Numbered from the stretch's first letter, positions 50,252 through 60,884 are shown. The stretch: 64,000 nucleotides of DNA from Candidatus Marinacidobacterales bacterium (GCA_965224085.1 CBDCYI010000004.1:1376001-1440000); one strand, 5' to 3'. Notes: generated by a model not told the origin, from the letters alone. Numbers and translations: made by a program.

Positions 50252-50978
50252 AACAGGCCCAGCGCAAGGTAGAATCCGACGAAGACGAAGCTGCGGCCTT
50301 CCTCCGGGGCCAACGGAAACAACATGACGAGCAACACCCAGAACGACAAGAAGAAGAGCGGCGCAGCGCGGTTGTTACCCGTGGGCCAGAAGGCGCTCTC
50401 GGCGAAGCGCGCCGCGAGGAGGTTCACCTCTTCGACGGTTGGCTCCTGAGCATAGGGCCAGAATGACTTGGGAAGGAATTCGCGCAGGTAGGTGACGATC
50501 GAGCGCTGTACGGTCTGGCCGCCGGTGAAAGGCATCCGCGGCAGGAGCTTTACCAGGGCCGGCAGCGCGATGATCCCGAGCGACACCAGCCAGCACACGG
50601 ACACAATTATCTGACCGATGTCGGGGAATAGCTTGTTGAATGCACGGCCCTTGAGGAGCCCTTCGACGCCGGCGGGTGACGAGAGCGTGGCGTACATCGC
50701 GGCCGTCTGTGCCGCCGAGACGTTTGCGAAGCGGGTGGTCAGGATTCCGAGCCCCACGATCGTCAGGTACAGGACCTGGGTGTTGAACGCTTCGTTCGCC
50801 TTTCGGAACCCGAAGCAGCGGTTGGGGTCATCCAAGTCGATAACAATGAACGCGTCGGCCTCGGCTTCGGGCACCCGCCGCCGCTGGAAGGTGCGGGCCA
50901 AGAAGAAGACATTGTGTCGGGCAAGAAGAACGGAAAGGAGTACCAACAGCAGGGCTACGGAGAACTGCACAGTATAGG
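50227..50978 (-). pseudogene. Multi-TM membrane protein, 5'-truncated by IS5 and frameshifted by the tandem duplication
   Basis: Hydrophobic ORF begins at the IS inverted repeat; without the duplication it reads on as LLALTATVAAFQALRW. Confidence 0.7.
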
Positions 50979-52065
50979 TGCCTTGGTGCACAACTCCGAT
51001 AGAGGCCGAGAGCTCGCTTGGCCCCGACTCCCATCATCCGATCATCTCGCTATCAGGCATCCCGAGCGCCGTCATGGTGTTGAGAATCTTGCACCCGATC
51101 CTTGCCTCGACTCTCTGTGCCGCCAACCCTCTCGCTCGCATCGCTGAGCCCACGATAGCCTTGTAGCGATGGAACGTTGTCTCGACTTTGCTCCGTTTGC
51201 TGTAGCCCGATTCTGTGTGCCACTTTCGTTTGCCGAGCCGAGCTTGTGCTGCAATGTTGCGATTGCGCTGTCGGCTGCTCGCCGGCCCCGATGCGAGCAG
51301 GGCGCCCTTGCGCGGCGGTATCAGCACCCTCGGCGAGCGATGAGCGCTGTGATTCTCGATTGCCTCATAGACGCCGCTGGCGTCGTATGCGGTGTCAGCT
51401 CTGGCCGATGAGATGGGACTGTCGCTCTGTCCGACAAGCGATGCAACCCGCGATGAATCGCGGGCTCTTTTGCTCGTCAGCTCGCCGGCGACGACTTCGC
51501 CACTCTGCTCGTCGACACACAGATGGAGCTTGCGATAGTCCCTGCTATTTGGTGCTCTGCGCAGCTGGCCGGCGTGGACAGCGAGACCGCTGCTGTCGAT
51601 CAAGATGTGCAACGGCGTCTTCTGCTTGTCTTGGTAGAAGGGGACCTTACCCAGCTTCGCCTTGCGCCTCGAGATCGTGGTGTGATCGGGCACATCATTG
51701 TCTAGCTTCATCAGAGCGAACAACGATCGCAGCAATCCCTCGCTCTGCCTAGACGACAGATGAAACACCATGCCCAGGGTGACAGCCGTCTCGATGGCGT
51801 GGTTCGAGTACTTGCGTTGACGGCCCGGTTTCCTCCTCCTTGGCCGGGGCGCGTCCCAGTTCACAAGCTTGCCGGCGGTGAGCGAGATCCAGACGGTCAG
51901 GCTCCCACGGTTGCGTAGACCCGCCTCATATTCACGCCAATTCCTCACGCGATAGGCCTTCTTCACATACTTCCGCTGAGTGCGTTTGAAAATGCTCATG
52001 GGGAACCTCGTATCCGCGAGTACAGGACAATTGTGGACCGAGATCGCGAGTTGTGCACCAAGGCA
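50979..52065 (-). mobile_element. IS5-family (IS903-like) insertion sequence
   Basis: Perfect 18-bp IRs TGCCTTGGTGCACAACTC (50979-50996 and 52048-52065); no matching target duplication. Confidence 0.93.
51034..51999 (-). CDS. IS5-family transposase
   Basis: YRVRNWREYEAGLRNRGSLTVW, PDHTTISRR, IDSSGL, KLHL, AD.AYD, GYSKRSKVET..HRYK. Confidence 0.95.
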   Translation of the reverse strand: MSIFKRTQRKYVKKAYRVRNWREYEAGLRNRGSLTVWISLTAGKLVNWDAPRPRRRKPGRQRKYSNHAIETAVTLGMVFHLSSRQSEGLLRSLFALMKLDNDVPDHTTISRRKAKLGKVPFYQDKQKTPLHILIDSSGLAVHAGQLRRAPNSRDYRKLHLCVDEQSGEVVAGELTSKRARDSSRVASLVGQSDSPISSARADTAYDASGVYEAIENHSAHRSPRVLIPPRKGALLASGPASSRQRNRNIAAQARLGKRKWHTESGYSKRSKVETTFHRYKAIVGSAMRARGLAAQRVEARIGCKILNTMTALGMPDSEMIG

Positions 52066-52553
52066 GCGCAACGCCGGACTCACCTTTTTCCGGCGCCGGC
52101 CAAAGCTTGGTCGGGTTGAGGTCTGCGTCGCCGCTTTGTGAACAGGGCAACACCTCCTTTTGACTCGACCCTTCTTTGTTTTGCCGCCGCCGTCCGTGCC
52201 AAGCCGAAGGAGCAGAAAGGGCTGCCGCACAGCATTCAGAGCACGGATGATGCCAGCTTCACTTCTGCGGAGTAAGGCGATGCCGTAAAGGGCTCTCGTT
52301 GTTCAGAATGAACTTCCTTTGGCGGTGGGCATGAACGAGTTCGTGCTCGTGCGCGTTGTCCACTACCATGGCAGAATGCCCGAGCAAAACTGTTCGAAAA
52401 AGGTTGCAAGTGGGTTCCTTTGATACCGCCGCTGCCCGAGAATCGCCATATCGGCATCATAGCGTTACGCCGCCGCAGAGGGAGTCGTTGCAGCACAGGA
52501 GCGTGTGACCTAAGATTGACCGTGTCGCGCGCCCCCACTTCGAGGGCCCTCTC

Positions 52554-55001
52554 ATGAAACGCTTCGCGAAGTCTGGCCTTTTTTTGCCTATCGCCGCCAG
52601 CGCGGCCGCCATTTGCGTCGTCGCCGGGGTCGGCTGTACCGAGTCAAGTTCGCCGGGAAACACCAATACTTCCTTGCCTGAAGAGTTAACGTTCAACAAC
52701 GACATCGCGCCGATCATGTTTGCCCATTGCGCGGTGTGCCATCGTCCGGGCGAGTCGGCGCCGTTTAGCTTGTTGACCTATCAGGACGTCAAGCAGCACG
52801 CCACCCAGATCAAGGAGGTAACCGGGAGCCGGTTCATGCCGCCTTGGCTGCCCGAGCCGGGGGTTGTGAAGTTTTCCTACGAGCGGCGCCTGAGTGATGC
52901 GGAGCTCGAAGCATTGCAACGTTGGGTGGATACCGGGACACCCGAGGGCGACGCGGCGGACTTGCCGGACCAGCCACAGTGGCCCCAAGGTTGGCAGCTT
53001 GGCGAGCCGGATTTGATCGCGACAATATCCGAGCCGTTTACTCTTCCGGCGGAAGGGAACGACGTGTATCGCAATTTTGTGATACCGAGTCCGGTCACCG
53101 AGATGCGGAGCGTGAAAGCCGTCGAAATACGCCCCGGCAATCCAAAGATCGTGCATCATTCTTTTCTGCGGATCGATCGGACGCGGGCCTCGCGACGGCT
53201 GGAGAAGGAAGACTCCGAGCCCGGCTTTTCGGACATGAGAACCAGTAATGCGCTCTCCCCGGACGGTCATTTTCTGGGTTGGACTCCGGGAAAGGTACCC
53301 TTTCAAAGTAGGGAGGACATGGCATGGCGTTTGGAACCGGGTACCGACATCGTGCTCGAGCTACATATGCTGCCGACCGGCAAACCGGAGAAAATCCTTC
53401 CTAGAATCGGACTTTTTTTTGGAGATAGACTGCCGAGCCGTATTCCCTTCGTCGTTCGGCTCGGCTCCGAGGCGATTGACATTCCCGCAGGCAAGAAGGA
53501 CTACACGATCGAGGACGAATTCGAGTTGCCGGTCGATGTCGACGTGCATGGCATTTACCCACACGCCCACTATCTCGCCAGGGAGATGCGGGGGTACGCG
53601 ATTCTTCCCGATGGCGCACGGCGTTGGCTGATTCACATTAAAGACTGGGATTTCAATTGGCAGGACGAGTATCGCTACGCGGACCCTTTTTCGCTGCCCA
53701 AGGGCACGAAGCTGCGGATGGAGTATACCTACGACAACTCTTCGGAAAACATCCGGAACCAGAACCGGCCTCCGAAGCGAGTCATGTTTGGCCCGAAATC
53801 GTCTGATGAGATGGGCGACTTGTGGATTCAAGTGGTGCCGCGCGATCAAAGGGACCATGCGAGGCTGGAGCAAGATTTTCTGCGCAAGCAAACCGAGATC
53901 GAGCTGCTTGGTTATGCGCATTCGGTTCAGGTCCACCCAGACGACGTCGACAAGCGCACGAGCTTGGCCACGTCCTTGGCCTCGTTGGGTCGCACTGAGG
54001 AAGCGCTGCAGCATTTTCAGATAGTTTTGGATCAACGACCCGACTTCGCGCCCGCCCTCACCAGCCTGGGAATGCTCCATATGGAGCGTGGTCGTCTCGA
54101 AGAGGCGGCGGTCCATCTGGAGCGGGCTGTCCGGCTGGAGCCAGATGCCGTGATGTTGCTCAGTCTGGGCGTGGTGTACGGAAGGCAGGGCAAGTTCGAC
54201 CAGGCGATCGGGCGACTCGAGCAGGCCGTGGCCATCGAACCTGATCTGGCTCAGGCGCACCTTAACCTCGGATTTTTTCTTTCGGGCCAGGATAAATTGG
54301 AGCGGGCGATCCAGCACGTCGAGCGGGCGATCGAGATTGACCCGGGGATGGCACAAGCACACTTTGTCAAGGGCAACATTCATCGAACGCAAGGCCATCT
54401 CGATCAGGCTGCCGACGCGTTAGCCGGTGCCATACAACTACAGCCAGGCCTGGCGTCGGCCCATTACGAACTGGCGGGCGTTCTGCTCCAACAAGGAAAA
54501 AGGGCCGCGGCCGCCGTTCAACTTCAACAAGTGGTGAGACTTCAACCGCAAAACGTGGACGCTGTCTTTGAGCTAGGCAGAATGCTTGCCGCGCAAGGCG
54601 ACCTCGCCGGGGCGGTAGCCCATTGGAGTCGGACGATTGAGCTGCAATCCAACCACGTTGGAGCCCGCTACCAGTTGGGGCTGATGATGCACCGACTGGG
54701 AAGGGACGTCGACGCCGCCCAGCACCTGCGCCAGGCCAACCGCGTCGCTCCCGCGTCGCCGGCGGTCCAAGCCGCACTGGCGTGGCTACTGGCCACCAGT
54801 CATGATGCGGCGGTCCGAGACAGGAACGAGGCGCTCCGCTTGGCGAATCACTGCGCCGAGCCGACCGACCGTCGTCGGCCCGCTTTTCTACAAGCGATCG
54901 GCGCGGCACATGCCGAGCTGGGCCAGTTCGACGAACCCGTCCGCCGCCAGCAGCAGGCCATCGAGAAGAGCTTAGAGGAGCTGTGCAAAACGGGTAGGTG
55001 A
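52554..55001 (+). CDS. Cytochrome c / copper type II monooxygenase-like / TPR multidomain exported protein
   Basis: Signal with possible lipobox; CAVCH, MPPW, IVHH, PHAH, WDFNWQ, DEMG; TPR array in the C-terminal half. Confidence 0.8.
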   Translation: MKRFAKSGLFLPIAASAAAICVVAGVGCTESSSPGNTNTSLPEELTFNNDIAPIMFAHCAVCHRPGESAPFSLLTYQDVKQHATQIKEVTGSRFMPPWLPEPGVVKFSYERRLSDAELEALQRWVDTGTPEGDAADLPDQPQWPQGWQLGEPDLIATISEPFTLPAEGNDVYRNFVIPSPVTEMRSVKAVEIRPGNPKIVHHSFLRIDRTRASRRLEKEDSEPGFSDMRTSNALSPDGHFLGWTPGKVPFQSREDMAWRLEPGTDIVLELHMLPTGKPEKILPRIGLFFGDRLPSRIPFVVRLGSEAIDIPAGKKDYTIEDEFELPVDVDVHGIYPHAHYLAREMRGYAILPDGARRWLIHIKDWDFNWQDEYRYADPFSLPKGTKLRMEYTYDNSSENIRNQNRPPKRVMFGPKSSDEMGDLWIQVVPRDQRDHARLEQDFLRKQTEIELLGYAHSVQVHPDDVDKRTSLATSLASLGRTEEALQHFQIVLDQRPDFAPALTSLGMLHMERGRLEEAAVHLERAVRLEPDAVMLLSLGVVYGRQGKFDQAIGRLEQAVAIEPDLAQAHLNLGFFLSGQDKLERAIQHVERAIEIDPGMAQAHFVKGNIHRTQGHLDQAADALAGAIQLQPGLASAHYELAGVLLQQGKRAAAAVQLQQVVRLQPQNVDAVFELGRMLAAQGDLAGAVAHWSRTIELQSNHVGARYQLGLMMHRLGRDVDAAQHLRQANRVAPASPAVQAALAWLLATSHDAAVRDRNEALRLANHCAEPTDRRRPAFLQAIGAAHAELGQFDEPVRRQQQAIEKSLEELCKTGR

Positions 55002-55247
55002 TTCTATCCCGTCGGCAGTTCTGAGCAACCTCCGAAGGTAGACGTCGCCAGACGACAACGTGATCCAGCAGCTCGCTGCGCACCGTGTCGGCTTGCTAAC
55101 GTTTTGGCGTTTTAAGTCTCGGGCGCACGGGCGGCCTTCCGCGCCACCGTGCCTCCGTTGAGCTGGCTCAACGGGACCACCGAGTCGGGCGTCGCGCTCT
55201 TGAGGCAGATTGCCACCCTAAGCATGCGGTGCTAACATCCCCGCAGG

Positions 55248-55799
55248 ATGCGCTCGGTAATATGCCTTCTGTTTTGCGCGCTCGTGTCCTGTCACCGAAC
55301 GCCGACGGAAGGGGTGCTCGACCTCGATGGTTCTCCAATTGACATCCTCGGTTCGGACACGCGCGCTAGCGTCGTCGTCTTCACGCGCAGTGACTGTCCT
55401 ATTGCCAACCGGTACGCGCCCGAGCTTGCCCGGTTACACCGTGAGTTCTCGTCAAAAGGTGTCGCGTTCTGGCTCGTTTATCCCGACGACCGCGAGGACC
55501 GAGCATCGATCCAAAAGCACGTGGATGAGTTCGGCTTTCCCTTCACTCCGGTACGTGACCCGGAGCGAATTCTCGTTGAGCAGATCGGCGTGACGACATC
55601 TCCCGAAGCCGCCGTCTTCGACTCCCGAAGCCAGCTTGTCTACCGCGGCCGCATCGACGACCGTTTTCCGGCATTCGGGGTCTCGCGAGATCCTATGGAG
55701 CGGGATCTGGAGAACGCGATCGTCGCCGCCCTCGAAGGCACGGCGGAAGAGCTCGTGACGACGAAGGCGGTCGGCTGCTACCTGTCGGACCTGTACTGA
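55248..55799 (+). CDS. Redoxin/AhpC-TSA-fold lipoprotein
   Basis: LVSC lipobox; DCPIANRY, TSPEA, YRGRIDD, AVGC. Confidence 0.85.
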   Translation: MRSVICLLFCALVSCHRTPTEGVLDLDGSPIDILGSDTRASVVVFTRSDCPIANRYAPELARLHREFSSKGVAFWLVYPDDREDRASIQKHVDEFGFPFTPVRDPERILVEQIGVTTSPEAAVFDSRSQLVYRGRIDDRFPAFGVSRDPMERDLENAIVAALEGTAEELVTTKAVGCYLSDLY

Positions 55800-55981
55800 G
55801 CTAAAATTCGGACTCCGGTGCCGGGATCAAGGATACCCTGTCGAGTTCGGCAAGAGAGCTCTTCAAAATGGTGAGGACTGAAACTCTTGCCCTTATAGCT
55901 CGAAAACAATTAGTAATTGGCCTGGAACGAGCCCCACCGATACACTGCGTGCCAAGACGTCACCGCCGAGAGGAGGGCGCC

Positions 55982-58900
55982 ATGATGAGATTGTTCAACG
56001 TCCGTGTGGTTCTCGTGTTGGCTGCCTTGTGTCTGACGGCCGGCATGGGATGGGGCCATTCACCACAATCCCAGACCGACAGCTCGGGTGCCGCTCGAGC
56101 CGCCGATTTCCCGACCGTGGACGCGAGCTTCCTGACCGCGCTCGATTGGCGCTCGGTCGGACCGCATCGAGGGGGCCGCACCCTGGCGGTCGTGGGAGAC
56201 CCGCAGGATCCGCTCGTCTTCTATTTCGGGGCGACACATGGCGGGGTCTGGAAGACGACGGATGCAGGTACTTACTGGCGCAACGTGTCCGACGGGTTCT
56301 TCGAGACGGCGCCGGTCGGTGCGATCGACGTGTCGCTGTCAAACCCAGCTGTCGTCTACGTGGGCATGGGCGAATCGATAACCCGGCAGGACCTCACCCC
56401 CGGCGACGGGGTGTACAAATCGACGGACGGCGGAAAGACCTGGACCCACGTAGGGCTGAAAGAAACCCGCCATATTGCGAAGGTACGCATTCATCCCACG
56501 AATCCTGATCTCGTCTATGTTGCAGCGGTGGGCGATATCTTCGGGACCAACCCCGAGCGGGGTGTCTACCGTACCAAAGACGGCGGCAAGACCTGGGAGA
56601 AGATTCTGTACAAGAGCGAGCGGGCGAGCGCCGTCGACCTTTCCATGGACCCCACGAATCCCAGGGTGCTCTACGCCTCGCTCAATCAGCTGCAGCGTCT
56701 CCCTTGGGACGAGATCAGCGGCGGACCGGACAGCGGCCTGCACAAGACGATCGACGGCGGTGACACCTGGACGGACATCACGCGCAATCCGGGTTTGCCT
56801 CGGGGGGTGATCGGCAAGATCGGTATCGCGGTCTCGCCGCCCCAACCCAGCCGCGTCTGGGCGCTCATCGAGGCCGAGGACGGCGCCCTGTTCCGCTCCG
56901 ACGACAGCGGGGAGACTTGGCAGCGAATCAACGAAACACGCGATTTCCGGCGCTGGGCCGCGTCGTACATGCACGTCACCGCAGACAGCGAAGACGCGGA
57001 CACGCTGTATCTACCGTCCTACCGCTTCTGGAAATCGACGGATGGCGGCAAGACGTTCCGACAGGTGCCAACCCCGCACGGCGACAACCACGCGCTTTGG
57101 ATCGACCCGAAAAACTCACAGCGGATGATCCAGGGGAACGACGGCGGCGCCACGGTAACTTTGAACGGCGGCGCCACCTGGTCGGACATCCACAATCAGC
57201 CCACCGCCGAACTTTTCGGGCTTGCCATCGACGACCAGGTGCCTTATCGGCTCTACGCTGCTCAGAACGACAACTCGCACGTCTCGGTTCCGAGCCGGAG
57301 CCATCGTGGGGCCATTCCCTTCGAGCCGATTTCGGGCGGCGAGGGCGGGCAAACAGCCGTCAAGCCCGACGGCAGCGTAGTGTACGCCGCCGATCGCACG
57401 GCCATTGCGCGCTACGACAGGACAACGGGACAGGCCCGAAACATTACCGTTTGGCCCGACGACCAGTTCACCCTGGCCCCAAAGGACGTGACCTACCGCT
57501 TTTATTACAACTTCCCGCTCATGCTGTCGCCTCACGATCCTAACGTTCTCTATACCGCCGGCAACTTCGTCTTTCGAACCACCGATGAAGGAGAGTCCTG
57601 GCAGGCCATCAGTCCGGACATCGGGCGCAACCGGCTGGACAAGATGCAGAAGATCCCAGGCGGCCCGCTCACCACGATGTGGTCCTCGCTCTACTGGGTC
57701 AGCCTGGCGCAGTCGCTGGCCGAGTCCCCGCTGGTACAGGGCGAGCTGTGGGTCGGCACGGACGACAGCACGGTTCAGATGACGAGAGACGGCGGGAAGC
57801 ACTGGGAGAACGTCTCGCCGAAGGACCTGCTCGAGTGGACAACCATCAGCACCATCGAGGTGTCTCCGCACGATCGGGGAACGGCATATCTGGCGGCGCA
57901 CCGCTACAAGCTCAGCGACCAGGCCCCTTACTTCTATAAAACCACCGACTACGGTCGCTCGTGGCGAAAAATCGTAAACGGGATTCGCGACGAAGATTTT
58001 GCGCTCGTGATTCGCGAGGACCCGGTTCGCCAGGGACTGCTTTACGCCGGAACGGAAACTGGCGTGTACGTGTCGTTCGACGCGGGTTCGTCCTGGCAAT
58101 CGCTGCAGCGTAACTTGCCCGCGGTTCCCGTCTTCTACATGCTGGTCAAAAACAACGATCTGGTCCTGGCCACACACGGCCGTGGGTTCTGGATCATGGA
58201 CAACGTGACGGCGTTGCGCCAGATCACCCGTGAGGTAACCGAAGCCCCGGCGAACCTGTTCGACATCGCGCCCACCGACCGCTACCTTCCCGTGCGAGTC
58301 CTGTCCCCAATGCGGCCCTTCCGTCCGGGCATCCAATTCGCCCGTGGCGCAAACATCGTCGCGTTCGAAGACCGGAAAGGTCCCGACGGCCGGGTCAAGC
58401 GGCACTTCCTCAATGCCGGTGAGAACCCACCCGGAGGCGTGATCATCGACTACTACTCGAAGCAACGGCCGGACGGTGCGAGGCTGACAATCCTGAGCGG
58501 GGAAGACGTCATCAAGGAGTTCTCGAGTCAGGCGAAGGACGGGGGCTGGATGCCGGCCGACGCAGGGATGAACCGGTTCGTCTGGGACATGCGCTACCCC
58601 AACGCACGCGAGCTGCCCCCAGACGGCCCCTTGGTAGGTGCGGAATACCCTCGCGCGCAAGCGCCCACCGCGCTGCCTGGCCGCTATATCGCACGGCTGT
58701 CGGTTCAAGGACAGGACTACGAACGCCCGTTCGAGATCCGCAAGGATCCGCGGATCACTGCGACCGACGCGGATCTCGAGGCACAGTTCGAGCTCATGAC
58801 GCAGATACGGGAGCGGATATCGGAAGTGACCGACGCGGTCGAACGACTACGAGAGGCGCGTCAGCAGCTCGAGCAACGGGGGAGCAGCGCTCGGGCGACT

Positions 58901-59161
58901 GCGGTCGACGACAAGCTCCGAGCGATCGAAGGCGCTTTGACGCGGGCAGTCGGCCCCAGGCCAACGTTCAACCTTCCCCCCAAAGGGTTGAACAATCGGC
59001 TGGCAGCGCTCACCCGGTACATATCGAGCGCGGACGAGAGACCAACCTGGCAAGCCTACGGGGTGTTCGAGGATCTGTCCGCGAAGGTGGCGGAGCAACT
59101 GCGCCTCCTGAACGAGATATTGACCACCGAGGTCGCAGCAATCGTCAGTCCGGGTGAATGA
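55982..59161 (+). CDS. BNR/VPS10 (sortilin-like) repeat glycosyl hydrolase-like protein
   Basis: WRSVGP.RGGR, repeated S/T.DGG.TW Asp boxes, HGDNHALWIDP, ATHGRGFWI. Confidence 0.9.
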   Translation: MMRLFNVRVVLVLAALCLTAGMGWGHSPQSQTDSSGAARAADFPTVDASFLTALDWRSVGPHRGGRTLAVVGDPQDPLVFYFGATHGGVWKTTDAGTYWRNVSDGFFETAPVGAIDVSLSNPAVVYVGMGESITRQDLTPGDGVYKSTDGGKTWTHVGLKETRHIAKVRIHPTNPDLVYVAAVGDIFGTNPERGVYRTKDGGKTWEKILYKSERASAVDLSMDPTNPRVLYASLNQLQRLPWDEISGGPDSGLHKTIDGGDTWTDITRNPGLPRGVIGKIGIAVSPPQPSRVWALIEAEDGALFRSDDSGETWQRINETRDFRRWAASYMHVTADSEDADTLYLPSYRFWKSTDGGKTFRQVPTPHGDNHALWIDPKNSQRMIQGNDGGATVTLNGGATWSDIHNQPTAELFGLAIDDQVPYRLYAAQNDNSHVSVPSRSHRGAIPFEPISGGEGGQTAVKPDGSVVYAADRTAIARYDRTTGQARNITVWPDDQFTLAPKDVTYRFYYNFPLMLSPHDPNVLYTAGNFVFRTTDEGESWQAISPDIGRNRLDKMQKIPGGPLTTMWSSLYWVSLAQSLAESPLVQGELWVGTDDSTVQMTRDGGKHWENVSPKDLLEWTTISTIEVSPHDRGTAYLAAHRYKLSDQAPYFYKTTDYGRSWRKIVNGIRDEDFALVIREDPVRQGLLYAGTETGVYVSFDAGSSWQSLQRNLPAVPVFYMLVKNNDLVLATHGRGFWIMDNVTALRQITREVTEAPANLFDIAPTDRYLPVRVLSPMRPFRPGIQFARGANIVAFEDRKGPDGRVKRHFLNAGENPPGGVIIDYYSKQRPDGARLTILSGEDVIKEFSSQAKDGGWMPADAGMNRFVWDMRYPNARELPPDGPLVGAEYPRAQAPTALPGRYIARLSVQGQDYERPFEIRKDPRITATDADLEAQFELMTQIRERISEVTDAVERLREARQQLEQRGSSARATAVDDKLRAIEGALTRAVGPRPTFNLPPKGLNNRLAALTRYISSADERPTWQAYGVFEDLSAKVAEQLRLLNEILTTEVAAIVSPGE

Positions 59162-59165
59162 ATGT

Positions 59166-60884
59166 ATGAAAGATCTAGCCAATCTCATTCACGGCAAACT
59201 ATCAGGGGAGACGGCCCAGGCGACCACCGACACCATTTGCCAGTTTTATCGCTCACCCGGCTCCTCCGGTTATCATGCGGCTACCGATCTCGTCGCTGTA
59301 CACTTCGAGGAGTATGGCATCGAGGACGTCGAAGTGACCACCTATCCCTTGGATGGCGAGACCGTGCTACTCCATCGCACGATGCCCATGGCCTGGGAGC
59401 CGCATCGTGCCGTCGTGCGCGTGGTCAATCCTACCCAGGAGGACATTGTCGACTTCGATACCTCCCCTTCCTGCCTGGCCTGGTGGTCCCAGGCGACTAA
59501 AAAGGGAGGCCTCACCGCCCAGCTGGTGGATGTCGGCACCGGCGAGTCCGAAGCAGATTTTTCGGGCAAGGAGTTGACGGACAAGATTGCTTTTGTCAGC
59601 GGCACGGACCGGCCCGCGGGCTGGGGCCATGCTGCGCTTCAGGCCATGAAACGAGGAGCCCGGGGGCTCCTCACCGACTACCTCTACTACGCTACCCCGC
59701 CGTTTCGCACCAGAGAAAGCCTTCCTGACGCCGTTCAGCTCTTGCGCTTGCCCAACCAGTCAGGAGAGTTCGATGCCTGGGCCTGTGCCGTTGCCTACCC
59801 AGCGGCTCAACGGTTGCGAGAGCTTTTGCGGCAAGGCCCAGTAACCGTGCATGCCGACATCCGCTGTCGCCTCTTCAAGGGCGAAGGAAGAAATCTACTG
59901 GCAACCATCCCCGGGCGGGAGCTGCCCGATGAGTCGGTTTTCTTCATTGCTCACGCCTCGGCCGGGACCCGCCCTGGAGCGAATTGTGCTGCCGGCCCGG
60001 CCCTCATAGTCGAGATTGCCCGAACCCTCAAGGGCTTGATCCAGCTAGGCCAGATCCGCCCTCCCCGCCGCTCGATCAAGTTCTTGATCATTGCCGAAGG
60101 CCTGGGTTCTCACGCTTATATTGCAGCGAACCGCGACGAGCTTCCTCGAATCAAGACAGCCTTCTGCCTGGATAGCGTGGGGCATCATCAGGAGAAGCTG
60201 CAATCCAATCTGCTCTTTTACCGCCACCCGGATTCATCGCCGTCCTTCATCAATGACTACTTCGCCGGAATCATGGAGCGAGCCCCCAAGGACGGCAGCT
60301 GGGTTTTCAAGAACGACACCGATATCTCGCCGGTTCAGTTCCTTCAGGCGCCCTATACAGTGTGGAGTGATAACCATATCTGGACGGCGTATGGTGTACC
60401 CACTCCCTTGATCATGTCCTGGCCCGATAAATACTTCCATACCCAGTTGCTCACACCGGACAATACCGACCCACGGGTTTTTCGCATCGCTGGCGTGACC
60501 ACCTGCCTGGCAGCCTATGAGATTGCCGATGCCGACCTTCATCAGGCCTTGGCCATTGCCGATGAAGTTTCCGCCCGGAGCCTGTTTCGCCTGGACGACC
60601 TGGCGAGCCGTGCGGTTCAGCGCATCTTGAGCACGCGTCAATCGACCAACGGCGGCATCGACGCCCACGCACTGGCCCGGCGCGCCCACCGCGAGATCGT
60701 TTATTTCGCGGATCGGGATACTCAAGCGATCGCTTCGGCACTCACTTTGATCCCGAGTGACGTACCTTCATCGGCCCGATCCAGGGCGGCCGCGCAAGGT
60801 GAAGCTTTGGTCCGGAAGATGAAACAAGCCAAGCGTCGAGTCGATGAAGCATTGACGGTAGTACAAACAGGAGACGCTTCGTGA
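59166..60884 (+). CDS. M28/DUF4910-like peptidase-fold protein with PA domain
   Basis: R..GS.GYH.A, PA-like insert, AH....PGAN..G, RRSIKFL..AE, LD.VG, SD.H, WPDKYFHT. Confidence 0.75.
   Translation: MKDLANLIHGKLSGETAQATTDTICQFYRSPGSSGYHAATDLVAVHFEEYGIEDVEVTTYPLDGETVLLHRTMPMAWEPHRAVVRVVNPTQEDIVDFDTSPSCLAWWSQATKKGGLTAQLVDVGTGESEADFSGKELTDKIAFVSGTDRPAGWGHAALQAMKRGARGLLTDYLYYATPPFRTRESLPDAVQLLRLPNQSGEFDAWACAVAYPAAQRLRELLRQGPVTVHADIRCRLFKGEGRNLLATIPGRELPDESVFFIAHASAGTRPGANCAAGPALIVEIARTLKGLIQLGQIRPPRRSIKFLIIAEGLGSHAYIAANRDELPRIKTAFCLDSVGHHQEKLQSNLLFYRHPDSSPSFINDYFAGIMERAPKDGSWVFKNDTDISPVQFLQAPYTVWSDNHIWTAYGVPTPLIMSWPDKYFHTQLLTPDNTDPRVFRIAGVTTCLAAYEIADADLHQALAIADEVSARSLFRLDDLASRAVQRILSTRQSTNGGIDAHALARRAHREIVYFADRDTQAIASALTLIPSDVPSSARSRAAAQGEALVRKMKQAKRRVDEALTVVQTGDAS

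Noticed and set aside
52066-52235. End of another IS next to IS5
   Set aside because: It has an RBS-like AAGGAGG and looks like an element end, but no transposase or partner repeat supports it.
55090-55210. Possible isolated attC left arm (GCTAACGTTTTGGCGTTT...)
   Set aside because: No complementary right arm or GTTRRRY core found at a suitable distance.
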